From the NCBI GenBank assembly GCA_050013255.1, contig JBEKFP010000002.1:256001-320000 (forward strand): DNA of 64,000 nucleotides, read 5' to 3'. A program made the translations under genes and the position numbers. How positions within the stretch are numbered: the stretch's first letter is position 1; every line of letters begins with the position of its first letter. Shown here piece after piece: positions 21,617 to 31,649 of the stretch. A model generated the notes under the pieces. It did not search any database. It was not told where the DNA came from and saw only the letters and a list, made by a program, of their open reading frames with translations. Source of the stretch: Candidatus Bathyarchaeia archaeon (GTDB lineage Archaea; Thermoproteota; Bathyarchaeia; 40CM-2-53-6).

Positions 21617-23638
21617 TCAATCCACTGACGACTCGATTAGGTGCGCTTGGAAATCGCTCATCTGCCCCAAGAGCTGAAAACTCACCGGTCTGCCTTGCTC
21701 ATCCATTACCAGTGCCGCCTCGTAGGAACCGTTTCTTCTGTTGTCTTTTATCGTGTACACGCGTAAGACTTTGCTATTACCTTCTTTATTCTCGATGTCG
21801 TCCTTCCTTTCAGCACTCACCTTGGCTTCGATGATTTCGAACTCTGGGTCCACCTCGAATCTTATCATGTGAAATTCGGTCTTTTGTCTGACCTCAAGCG
21901 AGCTAATCCTATTGTTGATGGCAACATACGTTGAGACTAGAGGGCACCCAAGGGCGGTATCCTCTGCGACATTCTTTTCCAAATGAATCTCTGACTGTCC
22001 CGGCATTTTCACTGTTATCTCAATGGTTCGCATGTCTCTTCGTAGCATTTCCGCCCTTCCCTTCCCTTCTAACCGATCGCTTTGGAATATGAGTGATTCA
22101 CGCCCAGGTTGATCACCTAACTCTAATCGCATTGAGAAAAGGTCGAGACGTGGTGGGGCGTTTGTCATACTTCGCGAAAAAATCACCAGTCGACCATTCG
22201 CCTTCTTCTCGAAAATTAACCGTTCTTCTCCGATGATTGTGTTTGAGAGCCTCGTTTGATATCGTCCGGCAATGATACGCCGTCCTTCGCTCAGCAGAGG
22301 AGGCATACTCCCAAGCTTCTTCTCTGTCATTGGATAGGTCGTCACGAGTTCATCCAGCATGTTTTGGAGTTGCACTTGACTGGACCATCGACCTCGCACC
22401 ATGATTCCTAAGCGACGCGAGATGTTAGAGACGTCTTCCAAAGGGTTGCCTTCCAATAGAATTAAATCAGCTCTCTTGCCGACTTCTATCGTTCCGAATT
22501 CCTGTGTCGCGTTCAGGAACTGAGCAGCGTCGGCAGTGCCAGCCTTTATTGCTTCATAAGGTGTGAGTCCAGCCTGAACGAGGTTTCGGAGCTCGTTATG
22601 GATTGAAAATCCTTGAACCACGAACGGGTTCGGTGTATCCGTGCCTAGCAGAATATGAGCTCCTGCGTCATGCAGTGCCTTCGTAAGTTTCTGTCTTAGC
22701 CTGTCTCCTTTTCTTACTCTCTCAAAGTCTGACGCTGTCATTGTCTTCAGGCGGAAGTCTTTAGAAGGGTCCCAACTTGCAAGGTCCAGGGGTGAAGCGT
22801 ATTTCATCTCCGGTCGTTGAAGTACCTGACGAGCTTCCTGAATTGGGATGAAATTTTGGTACACTACTAGAGTCACGCAGTTCCAGGTTCCCGCTCGAAT
22901 CGTGTCCGTTACAACCTGTGAAATCTTGTCTTCGTCTATGTAATCAAGCGCTGCATATCGAGACTCGGGATCCAGTTTACTCTTGAATGGCGAGTCATCT
23001 GCTTCGGTGGCATCAAAATATCCTGTGAGGTGCTCGATTGAATTTTGCCCTGCTTTAAGGGCGTGATCTAATCCAACTTTTGTCGGTATGTGGCCAGCTA
23101 CGGGCATTCCATACTTCTTCGCAGCAGCTATGATTGCATCGTAAACCTCTACGGATAAACCGTTGTACACTTTGATGAAATCGTATCCAGCATTCTTCTC
23201 CCGCGCAACCTCTTCTTCAGCTTCCTTAGCGGTCTCGATTACTTTTGAATCGTTCCAGATAGGTGGTTTCCCATCGAGCAACGGTCCTGCCGTGTATATC
23301 GTTGGCCCTAGTAGTTGCCCTTGCGCGATCATGTCGCGCCAGACCAGCTGACGACTGGTCCCCCACATGTTCCGTATTGTCGTGACGCCGTTGGCGAGGA
23401 AGAGGAGTAGAGCACCTTCACTCCATTGATGGACATGCATATCCGCAAGTCCGGGCAGAAGGTATCGGTTCCTACCATCTATTCGATGCGCGCCATCGGG
23501 AATCCTGGTGCCCTCAGTTTCGCCAATACATGCGATACGCCCATCTGAAACTGTAACTGTTTGGTTCTTCAACACTCCATTCCGATTCATTGGGACTAAG
23601 TTTACGCCAACAAATGCGGTTCTTCTGACCTCAGGCAT
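21617..23638 (-). CDS. Amidohydrolase family protein with extra C-terminal domain
   Basis: LPGLADMHVH, GVTTIRNM, LGTDTP, GTIEVGKRADLILL. Confidence 0.9.
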   Translation of the reverse strand: MPEVRRTAFVGVNLVPMNRNGVLKNQTVTVSDGRIACIGETEGTRIPDGAHRIDGRNRYLLPGLADMHVHQWSEGALLLFLANGVTTIRNMWGTSRQLVWRDMIAQGQLLGPTIYTAGPLLDGKPPIWNDSKVIETAKEAEEEVAREKNAGYDFIKVYNGLSVEVYDAIIAAAKKYGMPVAGHIPTKVGLDHALKAGQNSIEHLTGYFDATEADDSPFKSKLDPESRYAALDYIDEDKISQVVTDTIRAGTWNCVTLVVYQNFIPIQEARQVLQRPEMKYASPLDLASWDPSKDFRLKTMTASDFERVRKGDRLRQKLTKALHDAGAHILLGTDTPNPFVVQGFSIHNELRNLVQAGLTPYEAIKAGTADAAQFLNATQEFGTIEVGKRADLILLEGNPLEDVSNISRRLGIMVRGRWSSQVQLQNMLDELVTTYPMTEKKLGSMPPLLSEGRRIIAGRYQTRLSNTIIGEERLIFEKKANGRLVIFSRSMTNAPPRLDLFSMRLELGDQPGRESLIFQSDRLEGKGRAEMLRRDMRTIEITVKMPGQSEIHLEKNVAEDTALGCPLVSTYVAINNRISSLEVRQKTEFHMIRFEVDPEFEIIEAKVSAERKDDIENKEGNSKVLRVYTIKDNRRNGSYEAALVMDEQGRPVSFQLLGQMSDFQAHLIESSVD

Positions 23639-23780
23639 CCGACATCATTCTAGAAGGAATGTTTTGCGTCCATTCTTAACGAATCTCCTAACGAACATAG
23701 TTGGATTAAGGTGCGCGGTTACCAACTAGAAGAAACGTTTACGCTGGATGGTTGGTGAGAGGCGAGCGAAGCGAGGAGGT

Positions 23781-23860
23781 TGGTATGCTGGTGCGGGCAG
23801 GCAAATTTGAACCGTCGTCGTTCGTAAAAGTGTGTGTGCGCACCAAAGGTAGCACACACA
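23781..23860. repeat. tRNA-end-like palindromic repeat, composite copy
   Basis: TGG-N5-TGGTGCG...AATTTGAACCGTCGT...GTGTGTGTGCGCACCA-N7-CACACACA; inverted homologue at 28183-28268. Confidence 0.8.
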
Positions 23861-24134
23861 TCGTTAACAGCGTAGTGGCATCTTCGTAGGAACGCGTCTT
23901 TGCTGTATGGTTGAACTCCTATTGTCCCAATCGACTAACTATGATCCTCATATCTTTACAGATCTCACAGTACTTGGTTGGACCATAGTAGGAAGTGGAG
24001 ATGGTAGCGAGATGACCGCAATCTAACGTCACAAGGCATTTCGCTCTACTCAGTTAGTCACCCTCCTTGACAGGATCACGTGTAGGTCCGTGACTCTTTT
24101 TTTGCTCCTCCTACAGATGCTGATTATGATTATC

Positions 24135-24479
24135 TTAACGCCAGTGAGGGTAAGTTACGTAGAATCCTCGTCCACTGGTCGGTGTGGACCATTCTACTTT
24201 GAGGCCTTTCTTCTGCGGAATGTAAACCACATCTCCCGCTTGAACTTCAGTAGTCTTTCCTCCTTCTTTTAGGATAAATGAACCTTCAGTGCAGTAGATG
24301 ACGGCACAATCGTTGTCGTAATCGAACTCAGTGGGTTCTGATTTCTTGATTTCAATTACCCCAGCAGTAAACGGCGCATTCTGCTTTCTGTCAACAACAT
24401 CGACGAGCTTCAGGTCCGTCGCGCCAGCCTCAAATTTCTCAGGCACTATCAAGGATTTCTTGACTTGAACGATTGACAT
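24135..24479 (-). CDS. Cupin, EutQ-like
   Basis: From ATG at 24479: MSIVQVK...FTAGVIEI...YCTEGSF...AGDVVYIP...YVTYPHWR; the longer ORF-track start runs into a repeat. Confidence 0.75.
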   Translation of the reverse strand: MSIVQVKKSLIVPEKFEAGATDLKLVDVVDRKQNAPFTAGVIEIKKSEPTEFDYDNDCAVIYCTEGSFILKEGGKTTEVQAGDVVYIPQKKGLKVEWSTPTSGRGFYVTYPHWR

Positions 24480-24582
24480 GGTAACCGCGAGTGAGGCCGC
24501 CTGCAGATTACTTAAAGCTTTACAACTCGTGGCCTGCCCTTCGACGACCTTTTCTGATTTTAAGAAGCCAAACTGGTAGTTT

Positions 24583-24617
24583 CGTGTGTGTGTGCGCGCA
24601 CCATTAGAACCACACAC
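24583..24617 (+). repeat. GTGTG-CGCACCA-CCACAC repeat copy
   Basis: CGTGTGTGTGTGCGCGCACCATTAGAACCACACAC. Confidence 0.85.
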
Positions 24618-24748
24618 TAGGAAAGACGCTTGATCATCGAACGGGCTTTCACATTAGTTCAAGCCCTAAAGGGGTCCTCAAAAAAGAGGATAGGTTTGTG
24701 AAGATCAGGGGTGGTTGCGCTGGTGTTATTCATGTTAGACGTTTCTGC

Positions 24749-24847
24749 TTAGCTGCATTGTTTGTGGTAGCTCTTCTTCATCAGGAAGCCTTTCTTAACC
24801 TCTTGCCCTGAAGGAATCTCCTTCCCACATTTGGCACAGTTTACCAT
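24749..24847 (-). CDS. 32-aa zinc-finger microprotein (below the ORF-track cutoff)
   Basis: MVNCAKCGKEIPSGQEVKKGFLMKKSYHKQCS*, CxxC...HxxC; GAGGT SD-like element upstream. Confidence 0.7.
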   Translation of the reverse strand: MVNCAKCGKEIPSGQEVKKGFLMKKSYHKQCS

Positions 24848-24964
24848 TACAATACCTCGGGGGTGCCGGTGCTGTCACACTGTATTAAATCGTTCCGGTA
24901 AGCTTGTCCTATCGAGAGTGAACCCCGACCACAAGTATCCGGACGATTCCAAATTTGTAATTCA

Positions 24965-25894
24965 TTATGAATTCGGTGTAGGTTTTCCGCTCCTTTTCTT
25001 GTGACGATACCAGTCGAGGTCTCTTTCATAAGTTGCGTTTGGAAGCATCCTCTTCCATAGATCAGAAATCTTAGCGTCCACTTGGCGGTAGTACTCGTCC
25101 CCTACCCAAAGAAGCTCACGTATTCCTTCCACATCGCAGTGAGGATTCCACGCCTTGTATGCCTTTAGTGTTTGATTGATTATCATGCCGCGTGCATTGT
25201 ATCGGTCCGTCATCAATTTCCTCACGCCTGCCTTTACCAGTCGACTAAGCCCCTCCTCAAGTTCAACCTCAGTCACATATGGTAGCATTGGTGCAATGAA
25301 GACCCATGTCTCCAACCCTGCCTCGTTGAGTTGCCTAACCGCCTCTATTCGCTCCTTGACCGGGGAAGCGTGTGGTTCGAAGATCCGTTGTGCTTCTTGA
25401 TTGAAGGTGGTTATCGTGAAACCTACGTCAACTCTGCTCTTCATGCGTGTGAGCAGGTCGATGTCACGTAGAACAAGAGTGTTTTTGGTTAGAATTGAGA
25501 TGGAGAACTGCGGGTAGTTGGATATGAGTTGGATTGCGCCTCGGGTCAGTTTGTATTTTGCTTCCACTTGCTGATAGGGGTCGCATACGCTGCTTATCCA
25601 AATGCTGCCACTTGGACGTCTTGGGAGTTCTTTAGCTAACACGTCAAGCAGGTTTACCTTCACGTCTACGAAGCTGCCCCAGGGGTCTTGCAGGTGACCG
25701 GAAAAGCGGCGCATGAAGTTGGCGTAGCAATAGACGCAGCCATGCAGGCAACCTGTGTACGGGTTGACCGTGTAATCGTAGCTTAGCCCGCTCTTTGAGA
25801 GAGCCGTCTTGCAGTGTTTCTCCGTGATCTTCGGTCCCGCAGGTTTCACTATTCTCTTCATCGGGTTCCATCTTTGCAACCGGGCGCTTTTCAA
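24965..25894 (-). CDS. Radical SAM protein, spore photoproduct lyase-like family (start probably ATG at 25861)
   Basis: NPYTGCLHGCVYCYA (CxxxCxxC), SSVCDPYQ, ILTK. Confidence 0.9.
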   Translation of the reverse strand: MKSARLQRWNPMKRIVKPAGPKITEKHCKTALSKSGLSYDYTVNPYTGCLHGCVYCYANFMRRFSGHLQDPWGSFVDVKVNLLDVLAKELPRRPSGSIWISSVCDPYQQVEAKYKLTRGAIQLISNYPQFSISILTKNTLVLRDIDLLTRMKSRVDVGFTITTFNQEAQRIFEPHASPVKERIEAVRQLNEAGLETWVFIAPMLPYVTEVELEEGLSRLVKAGVRKLMTDRYNARGMIINQTLKAYKAWNPHCDVEGIRELLWVGDEYYRQVDAKISDLWKRMLPNATYERDLDWYRHKKRSGKPTPNS

Positions 25895-26018
25895 CTAGTT
25901 CTTTCTCCCTATCTTCTCTCTTTTTTTGGTGCAAAACTTGCTGAGCAGTAATCTGAACCGTACTGACTTGGTTCTGTGAACTCGCACCCAATGGCGTTTT
26001 GGATGAACCCAGTAGCGT

Positions 26019-26081
26019 TGTGTGGTACTCATCGTGCGAGCGACTGAATTTGAACTCATGTTTTTTTTGCTACGCGCACCA
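26019..26081. repeat. Degenerate composite repeat copy
   Basis: TGTGTGGTACTCATCGTGCGAGC...AATTTGAAC...TTTT...CGCGCACCA. Confidence 0.6.
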
Positions 26082-26124
26082 TACGTAAGTCCAGACCAAT
26101 AATGATGGAGGGCATTAAGTTCAA

Positions 26125-26475
26125 TCAGACTTGAACTTCAATTACCAAGTTCGGAAGTTTTGTCTGCTTGATGAGAGCTAACCTACGTTCGATGGTCTTG
26201 ATCCTATGAAACATGGAGACCATCGTACGTTGAAAATTCTCGTATTCCGGTGTGCCTTCTTTCTTTTGCTCGCTGAACTCGTGGTCTGCAATTATCTCTC
26301 CAATTAGGAACTTGAATTGCTCGGTGGTTCCATCAAATTGGACATCCACGGTCACCGTGAAACTATGCTTCCAATTTCCATTGGCCGCTGAAATGTTGAC
26401 ATTGTTAAAGACTCGAACTTTCGAGGCACGTTGGTCCAAGATGAGTTTGAATAGATCTTCTAGACTTTGAGACAA
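26125..26475 (-). CDS. Hypothetical protein
   Basis: 116-aa ORF with globular composition. Confidence 0.55.
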   Translation of the reverse strand: MSQSLEDLFKLILDQRASKVRVFNNVNISAANGNWKHSFTVTVDVQFDGTTEQFKFLIGEIIADHEFSEQKKEGTPEYENFQRTMVSMFHRIKTIERRLALIKQTKLPNLVIEVQV

Positions 26476-26808
26476 CGTCCCGTCTATCCGAGAGGTTCGT
26501 TCAAGAACGTGTATCAGCTAACCCGTAAATCAACATCACGGTCAGCCTTTATGGTATGAAATTTGGAAATGCGGCAAGACTGAACTATGCTCAACTAGGA
26601 CACGGAATATCGAACCACGAAAACAGCCGCTAATCATGGTTTGAAGGATTCAGCGAAGAACTGGCGGATGACAAAACGTATGGAGTTTATTGTCTGCTGA
26701 GGGACCTACAGAAAAGCAATAGCTCGCAGCATGCGCGCCAATCATCAAGAAAATAGCTGCAGGCTATGCTTAAAGTAAGACTGAGAAGATAATGCCTGTC
26801 GATTTCAA

Positions 26809-27030
26809 TTGGAAGGTCAGAACACCGCTGTAGTGACCAACGTCATTCCGGTGGGCATACATCAGGACCAATTCTACGACATCCAATTCTACTACGAGAC
26901 GGACCCGAAGAAAACGCCGCAATCTTGTAGGCTTGGGCCAGAAGCCGTCCCATCGGGTATCCATCAGGGCATGCGAGTTCGCGTTAAGGCGATGCTAAGC
27001 ACAGTTCTTGGTCTTGAATTAATCACCTGA
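26809..27030 (+). CDS. Small hypothetical (OB-fold-like) protein
   Basis: 73-aa ORF, beta-rich pattern. Confidence 0.55.
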   Translation: MEGQNTAVVTNVIPVGIHQDQFYDIQFYYETDPKKTPQSCRLGPEAVPSGIHQGMRVRVKAMLSTVLGLELIT

Positions 27031-27130
27031 TGCCACTTCCCTTCGGCGGGCAAGTTGAAAAAACAGGCATACCTAAGGGTGTTGTTATGGTAGGCACAAG
27101 AGACGCCAATGTCTCCAAGCGGTTGGTTTT

Positions 27131-27159
27131 CGTGTGTGCGCACCACCTGACCCACACAC
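27131..27159 (+). repeat. GTGTG-CGCACCA-CCACAC repeat copy
   Basis: CGTGTGTGCGCACCACCTGACCCACACAC. Confidence 0.85.
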
Positions 27160-27220
27160 CACAGGACTGAGCGCCGGATTTTATCATGAGTTCAATCATG
27201 ATGGGTATTTGTGAATTGAC

Positions 27221-28126
27221 ATGCTTGACACTTTGAGGGGATTCTCAGGGTTCATTTCAATCGAAAGAGGATTCATGCTTTGTGCGATATCTATCGCAGC
27301 AACATTTCTATTAGCAGGGAAATTTGCCTGGCAAGAAGCAACTTACGTCGGTCTTCTAGTCTTTTGCGGGTGGAGCGCCGTAGATGCCATAAATAACGTA
27401 TGCGATGCTGACTTGGATACGAAATCCGACGCCTTTAGATCTCAGTACACAAAGAGCCTTGGAAGATCGGGATTAATGCTATGCCTCATCTTTTTTGCGC
27501 TTACCCTCGGTCTAGGTATAGCGACCCTTAGCCCCTTAGTTGTTACATTCATTTTGCTCGCTGGTGTCGCCGGGCTATTGTATTCTGTTCCTCCATTTAG
27601 GTTGAGGCAAACCATATACAAACCTGTAGTAAACTTCTTTGTCGGAGCCTTCCCAATTCTTATCGCGGCCGCCTTTGCCAGTCACTTTTCTGCAAATGCC
27701 TGGACCCTCGTGTTTCTCTTCGGGCTCGCGACCGCGGGCTATAGTTTATGGGGGGACTTAGCGGACTACGCTTCAGATCTAGATAGTGGGGGAAGAACTA
27801 TTCCGATTGTACTAGGCCTCAAGCGAGGGCTCTGTACTACCATCGTAAGTGGCTACTCTCTCTTTCCGCTCATGGCCCTCGTGGGAGTGATGTTTCAATT
27901 GAACATTCTCTACTACCTCGTACTATTTTCCCTAGCAGCCTACCTCTCCATTCGTGTAATTCTAAAGCGCTCACTGCTACTCTCTAGTCCCACAAATGAT
28001 GATGCAATAGAGCTCTTGGGCCAAACTTTGGCAAAAGTTTTCGTTATTATAGCAATAGTACAGACGACGAATCTCATGTTAAGTGCATTTCTGAAGTTAC
28101 AAGGATTTTCCTTCTGGGTGGTCTAA
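27221..28126 (+). CDS. UbiA family prenyltransferase
   Basis: NNVCDADLD, YSVPPFRLR, DLADYASD...RTIP; multi-TM. Confidence 0.88.
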   Translation: MLDTLRGFSGFISIERGFMLCAISIAATFLLAGKFAWQEATYVGLLVFCGWSAVDAINNVCDADLDTKSDAFRSQYTKSLGRSGLMLCLIFFALTLGLGIATLSPLVVTFILLAGVAGLLYSVPPFRLRQTIYKPVVNFFVGAFPILIAAAFASHFSANAWTLVFLFGLATAGYSLWGDLADYASDLDSGGRTIPIVLGLKRGLCTTIVSGYSLFPLMALVGVMFQLNILYYLVLFSLAAYLSIRVILKRSLLLSSPTNDDAIELLGQTLAKVFVIIAIVQTTNLMLSAFLKLQGFSFWVV

Positions 28127-28182
28127 GAAAAGAGTCAGCCAATGCAGTATACAGATGCAGTTTCTCTAACAGGCCTGTTCTT

Positions 28183-28268
28183 CGTGTGCGCGGGTCTAAT
28201 GGTGCGCACACACACACGAAAAACGACGGTTCAAATTACGATGCTCGCACCATTAGTGCCACACACAC
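28183..28268. repeat. tRNA-end-like palindromic repeat, composite copy
   Basis: CGTGTG...TGGTGCGCACACACACACG-AAAAACGACGGTTCAAATT...CTCGCACCATTAGTGCCACACACAC. Confidence 0.88.
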
Positions 28269-28358
28269 AGAAGCCAGCGAGATACCTATCATTAGATTCG
28301 AGAATCGTATCCGTTCCCTAATAGCCCGAGTAATTATGAAGCAAGGCGTGGGATTTGT

Positions 28359-29183
28359 ATGCAGGGGAAAACAGGCGGCAATAAGTCGGCAAGAGTATTT
28401 GCGCTCTTCTTAGTCATCTGCGCCGTTCCAATCTTAACGAGGCTTGTCGAGAACATTCCAATTACCGCAACACAATTGGCCTATTCCCTCCTCAACGGGG
28501 CTATACTAACAGTTTTTCTCGCTTGGCTAGTGCCCAAGATGCGTCTCAGACGCTGGTCACTGACTCTACTGGTCTGGTTGGAGCTCCTGGTCGTTGAGTT
28601 CCTCAACAACTACGTTGAAGCGTATTTCTTCACGACTCGGTACAGCAACCCCGCAGTTCTTGTGCAATCAGTGGCCTCCGCTCTCATTTCCTCCGTGATC
28701 AGCGCGACGGCCGCGGCTCTCTTGCTCGGCTATGGAATTTCAGGAATCACCGTTTCGTTGAAAGAGTACCTGTCGAAAAGGACGAGTAGCTCGTGGATTC
28801 TCCGAATAGCAGTAGGTTCCGTTGCATATTATCCAATCTACTTCTTCTTCGGCCTCTTGATAAGCCCATTCGTTCTGCCCTACTACAACGATCCTTCGTT
28901 TGGACTTCGGATACCCTCTTTCGCGGTGATGATTCCGGTGGAGCTTTTCAGAGGCTTCGTCTACACCCTCGTCCTCCTGCCTCTGCTAGCGACTGTGGTT
29001 GGAGGGAGAACTGCGAAATTCATTGCACTCGCTGCGATGCTCTACATTCCTGGTGGACTCATCACGCTACTGGGAAACCCAGGAATCCCAGCCCCGATCA
29101 TCCCATTCCACGGGGTAGAGATACTGGCTGACTCAATTGTCTACGGATTAGTCCTGTCTCGTATCCTAAGTCAGCCAAAGTGA
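28359..29183 (+). CDS. Multi-pass membrane protein
   Basis: 274 aa, ~8 hydrophobic helices. Confidence 0.75.
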   Translation: MQGKTGGNKSARVFALFLVICAVPILTRLVENIPITATQLAYSLLNGAILTVFLAWLVPKMRLRRWSLTLLVWLELLVVEFLNNYVEAYFFTTRYSNPAVLVQSVASALISSVISATAAALLLGYGISGITVSLKEYLSKRTSSSWILRIAVGSVAYYPIYFFFGLLISPFVLPYYNDPSFGLRIPSFAVMIPVELFRGFVYTLVLLPLLATVVGGRTAKFIALAAMLYIPGGLITLLGNPGIPAPIIPFHGVEILADSIVYGLVLSRILSQPK

Positions 29184-29229
29184 GCTCCTAGCCTCAAAGG
29201 TGGAAGGCTGATTTTCGTCGTGCTGTCTT

Positions 29230-29266
29230 CGTGTGTGTGGTATCAATGGTGCGCACACACACACAC
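29230..29266 (-). repeat. GTGTG-CGCACCA-CCACAC repeat copy
   Basis: CGTGTGTGTGGTATCAATGGTGCGCACACACACACAC (plus strand). Confidence 0.9.
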
Positions 29267-29288
29267 TGAAAACGAGTTCGACCGGGCG

Positions 29289-29735
29289 TCAGAAGATTTC
29301 TAACGTACTGTTCCAAGAACTAGTCTCGATCGTTGCAGTATTATTGAACCAAGACTGGTAGAAAATACTAAACGAATAATCACCGGAGGGTACGTTGTAG
29401 ATGATCGGCGAAATGCTCAGGTAGTATTCTCCGTCTTTAGTGAAATTAGCGGTGAGATTGCACTGTCGGTCCACTAACGGAACTCCGCGATCTCTTAGCG
29501 TCACATTCATTTTCATGGTAAAGGTTGCATTAGGCTGCTTTTCGCCTCTAAATGGACCGGGTCTGATAGAATAGCTAGGCAAAGATGTATTGTCGCATAG
29601 GCCTTGACTATAGTCTCTTACAGGAATGAAAGTTGCATTAACGAAGCTTGACGAGACATTCTCTGGAGAGACGGTGACGTCGAAGACGACTAGCTCAGAA
29701 GCTTTAATCGCCCACTGGAGATTGAGTGGCTTCAT
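29289..29735 (-). CDS. Hypothetical extracellular-type beta-rich protein, possibly N-terminally truncated
   Basis: Many NxS/T sequons but no signal peptide. Confidence 0.5.
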   Translation of the reverse strand: MKPLNLQWAIKASELVVFDVTVSPENVSSSFVNATFIPVRDYSQGLCDNTSLPSYSIRPGPFRGEKQPNATFTMKMNVTLRDRGVPLVDRQCNLTANFTKDGEYYLSISPIIYNVPSGDYSFSIFYQSWFNNTATIETSSWNSTLEIF

Positions 29736-29741
29736 CTTCTG

Positions 29742-30185
29742 CTAGTCGTTGATGCTCTTCGCGAGGTTCGCCGAACACTTCTTCAGGGTGGCTACTGCGG
29801 CGCTCTCCTCTTCTTCGGTGATTCCCCGCATCATTTCCTTGCGCATGGCCGCCCCTATGTCCGGGACAGTCTTCCACCGCGCAGAGCCCTTGGGAGTGAG
29901 CTTCAGGTAGTTAGCGCGACGGTCTTTCTCACTGGAGGTCCTGTCCAACCATCCCTTCCTGACGAGACCATCTACGACTATGGCCATGCTTCCAGATTCT
30001 ATGCCAAGGTCCTCCTGAAACGCCTTCTGGGAGATCCGCCCCGCTCCGTTGACCTGATAGAGGACGGACCAGGAGCTCCGAGTCAGACCGAATGGTTTGA
30101 GGAGCCTGCTAATCTTGACGGTCACGTCATGGTTTATCACTTTCACCCAGTGACCGAGATACCTGACCTGAGGACTGGCTTCCAT
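29742..30185 (-). CDS. MarR family regulator
   Basis: GLTRSSWSVL...LVRKGWLDR...DRRANYLKLT; divergent from the epimerase gene. Confidence 0.9.
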   Translation of the reverse strand: MEASPQVRYLGHWVKVINHDVTVKISRLLKPFGLTRSSWSVLYQVNGAGRISQKAFQEDLGIESGSMAIVVDGLVRKGWLDRTSSEKDRRANYLKLTPKGSARWKTVPDIGAAMRKEMMRGITEEEESAAVATLKKCSANLAKSIND

Positions 30186-30287
30186 GCAAGGCCGGTTGGT
30201 TTCTCGCCTCTATATCTAATTGCTTTACTCGAATTTACTTTATACAATGCATTTTATAGCCGCGCTAACTACCTCCTAGTCTAGAAA

Positions 30288-31139
30288 ATGAACGTCCTGG
30301 TAACGGGAGCAACTGGAAAAGTAGGCAGCAGATTAGTTCCGTCTCTGCTCAGCGGCGGTCATTCCGTACGAATACTTGTGCGAAGAACCGATGACGAAAC
30401 CGTAAGGAAGCTCAAAGCCAAAGGGGCAGAGACTTTCATCGGCGATATCATGCAGCCTGAGAGCTTGCAAGAAGCCCTTGACGGAGTCGATGCGATCGTG
30501 CACCTTGCAGCTTTCTTTCGCAGTCAAGATGCAGAAAAGATCAAAAGTGTCAATGAAATCGGCACGAAAAATATAGCCGAAGCGGCTTCGCAAATTAACA
30601 CAGGGATTCGTTTTGTTTTTTCAAGCACAAGTAATGTTTACAACAATGAGACCGCGCCTGGCCTAGAAAGTGATCTCGTTAGTCCAGCGGCTGCCTATCC
30701 CGCGAGCAAGGTAGCTTCGGAAAAACTCTTGCTTGGCATGCACGCGGCGAAACAACTTGACGTTTGCATCCTGCGCTTCGTTTTCGTATATGGCGCCGGG
30801 GATCCGCATCTACCAGAATCGATTCCGTTTTTTGAGCGGTTGAGCCTGCATCCGGCATATAGGTTGCATCTTGTACACCATTTGGATATAGCACAAGCCG
30901 TGAAGCTGGCAATGAGCGTTTCTGCCATGGGCGGTGAGATATACAACGTCGCCGATGACTCGCCGATTACTCTACAAGAGGTCATCCAACTGATGGGTCA
31001 AACCGCGAAGCTTGCAAATCCAGCGACTCCTTTGACAAACGCGTGGAGCGGCCTCGTTAGCGCTGGAAAAATTCGAAGTCTCGGATTTCGTCCGTTGGTT
31101 CCTTCTTATTACGCAGCGAGCGACCTGAATATACTGTAG
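30288..31139 (+). CDS. NAD-dependent epimerase/dehydratase (extended SDR)
   Basis: VTGATGKVG, HLAA, YPASK. Confidence 0.9.
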   Translation: MNVLVTGATGKVGSRLVPSLLSGGHSVRILVRRTDDETVRKLKAKGAETFIGDIMQPESLQEALDGVDAIVHLAAFFRSQDAEKIKSVNEIGTKNIAEAASQINTGIRFVFSSTSNVYNNETAPGLESDLVSPAAAYPASKVASEKLLLGMHAAKQLDVCILRFVFVYGAGDPHLPESIPFFERLSLHPAYRLHLVHHLDIAQAVKLAMSVSAMGGEIYNVADDSPITLQEVIQLMGQTAKLANPATPLTNAWSGLVSAGKIRSLGFRPLVPSYYAASDLNIL

Positions 31140-31236
31140 TCGTCAAAATATCTCTTGCGCGATAGGGTTGCCATGCACGCGAAGTTCGAAGGAGGTCGTC
31201 AGCATCCTAGCAGAAGGTGAAAGTGGCATGTGAAGT

Positions 31237-31316
31237 CGTGTGTGTGGTATCAATGGTGCGAGCACCAGAAATTGAACTGAGGCATCTTTGTGTGTGGTAT
31301 TAATGGTGCGGCCGCC
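31237..31316 (-). repeat. Two tandem repeat copies joined to tRNA-like 3' ends
   Basis: GTGTGTGTGGTATCAATGGTGCGAGC...TTGAAC and TGTGTGTGGTATTAATGGTGCGGCCGCC; the last 13 nt are identical to the tRNA-Gly 3' end (48558-48570). Confidence 0.85.
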
Positions 31317-31649
31317 AAGAACCATGATTCAAACGTGGTTCCCACGGTTCGGCCTAGGTCACAAATCTCAGAAGATCGTAGAATAGTAACTGCAAACATT
31401 TTTGCTTTGTTGTGGGCTCGAAATCTCATTAAAATCACGGGCATCTCAACGGCGTAGTGATCAAGACCTGAAAGAGCGGAATCTACGTTCTCATTTCTCA
31501 AACGATTTGGCTATATGCTATCTGCGAATGCCTTGAAGACCTTCTAGACAGGCCTAAACGAAAATCAAAGTGCGGAATCCGCACGTGCCTTTCTATTAGC
31601 CGCGGCAACATTCATTGAAAGTTTCCGAAAAGTGAAATGACTATAATCC

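Noticed and set aside
23781-31316. GTGTG/CACAC repeats as a CRISPR array or simple (GT)n microsatellites
   Set aside because: Spacing is irregular (tens of bp to kb), orientation is mixed, whole genes lie between copies and no cas genes are present; the conserved CGCACCA core and paired arms argue against mere microsatellites
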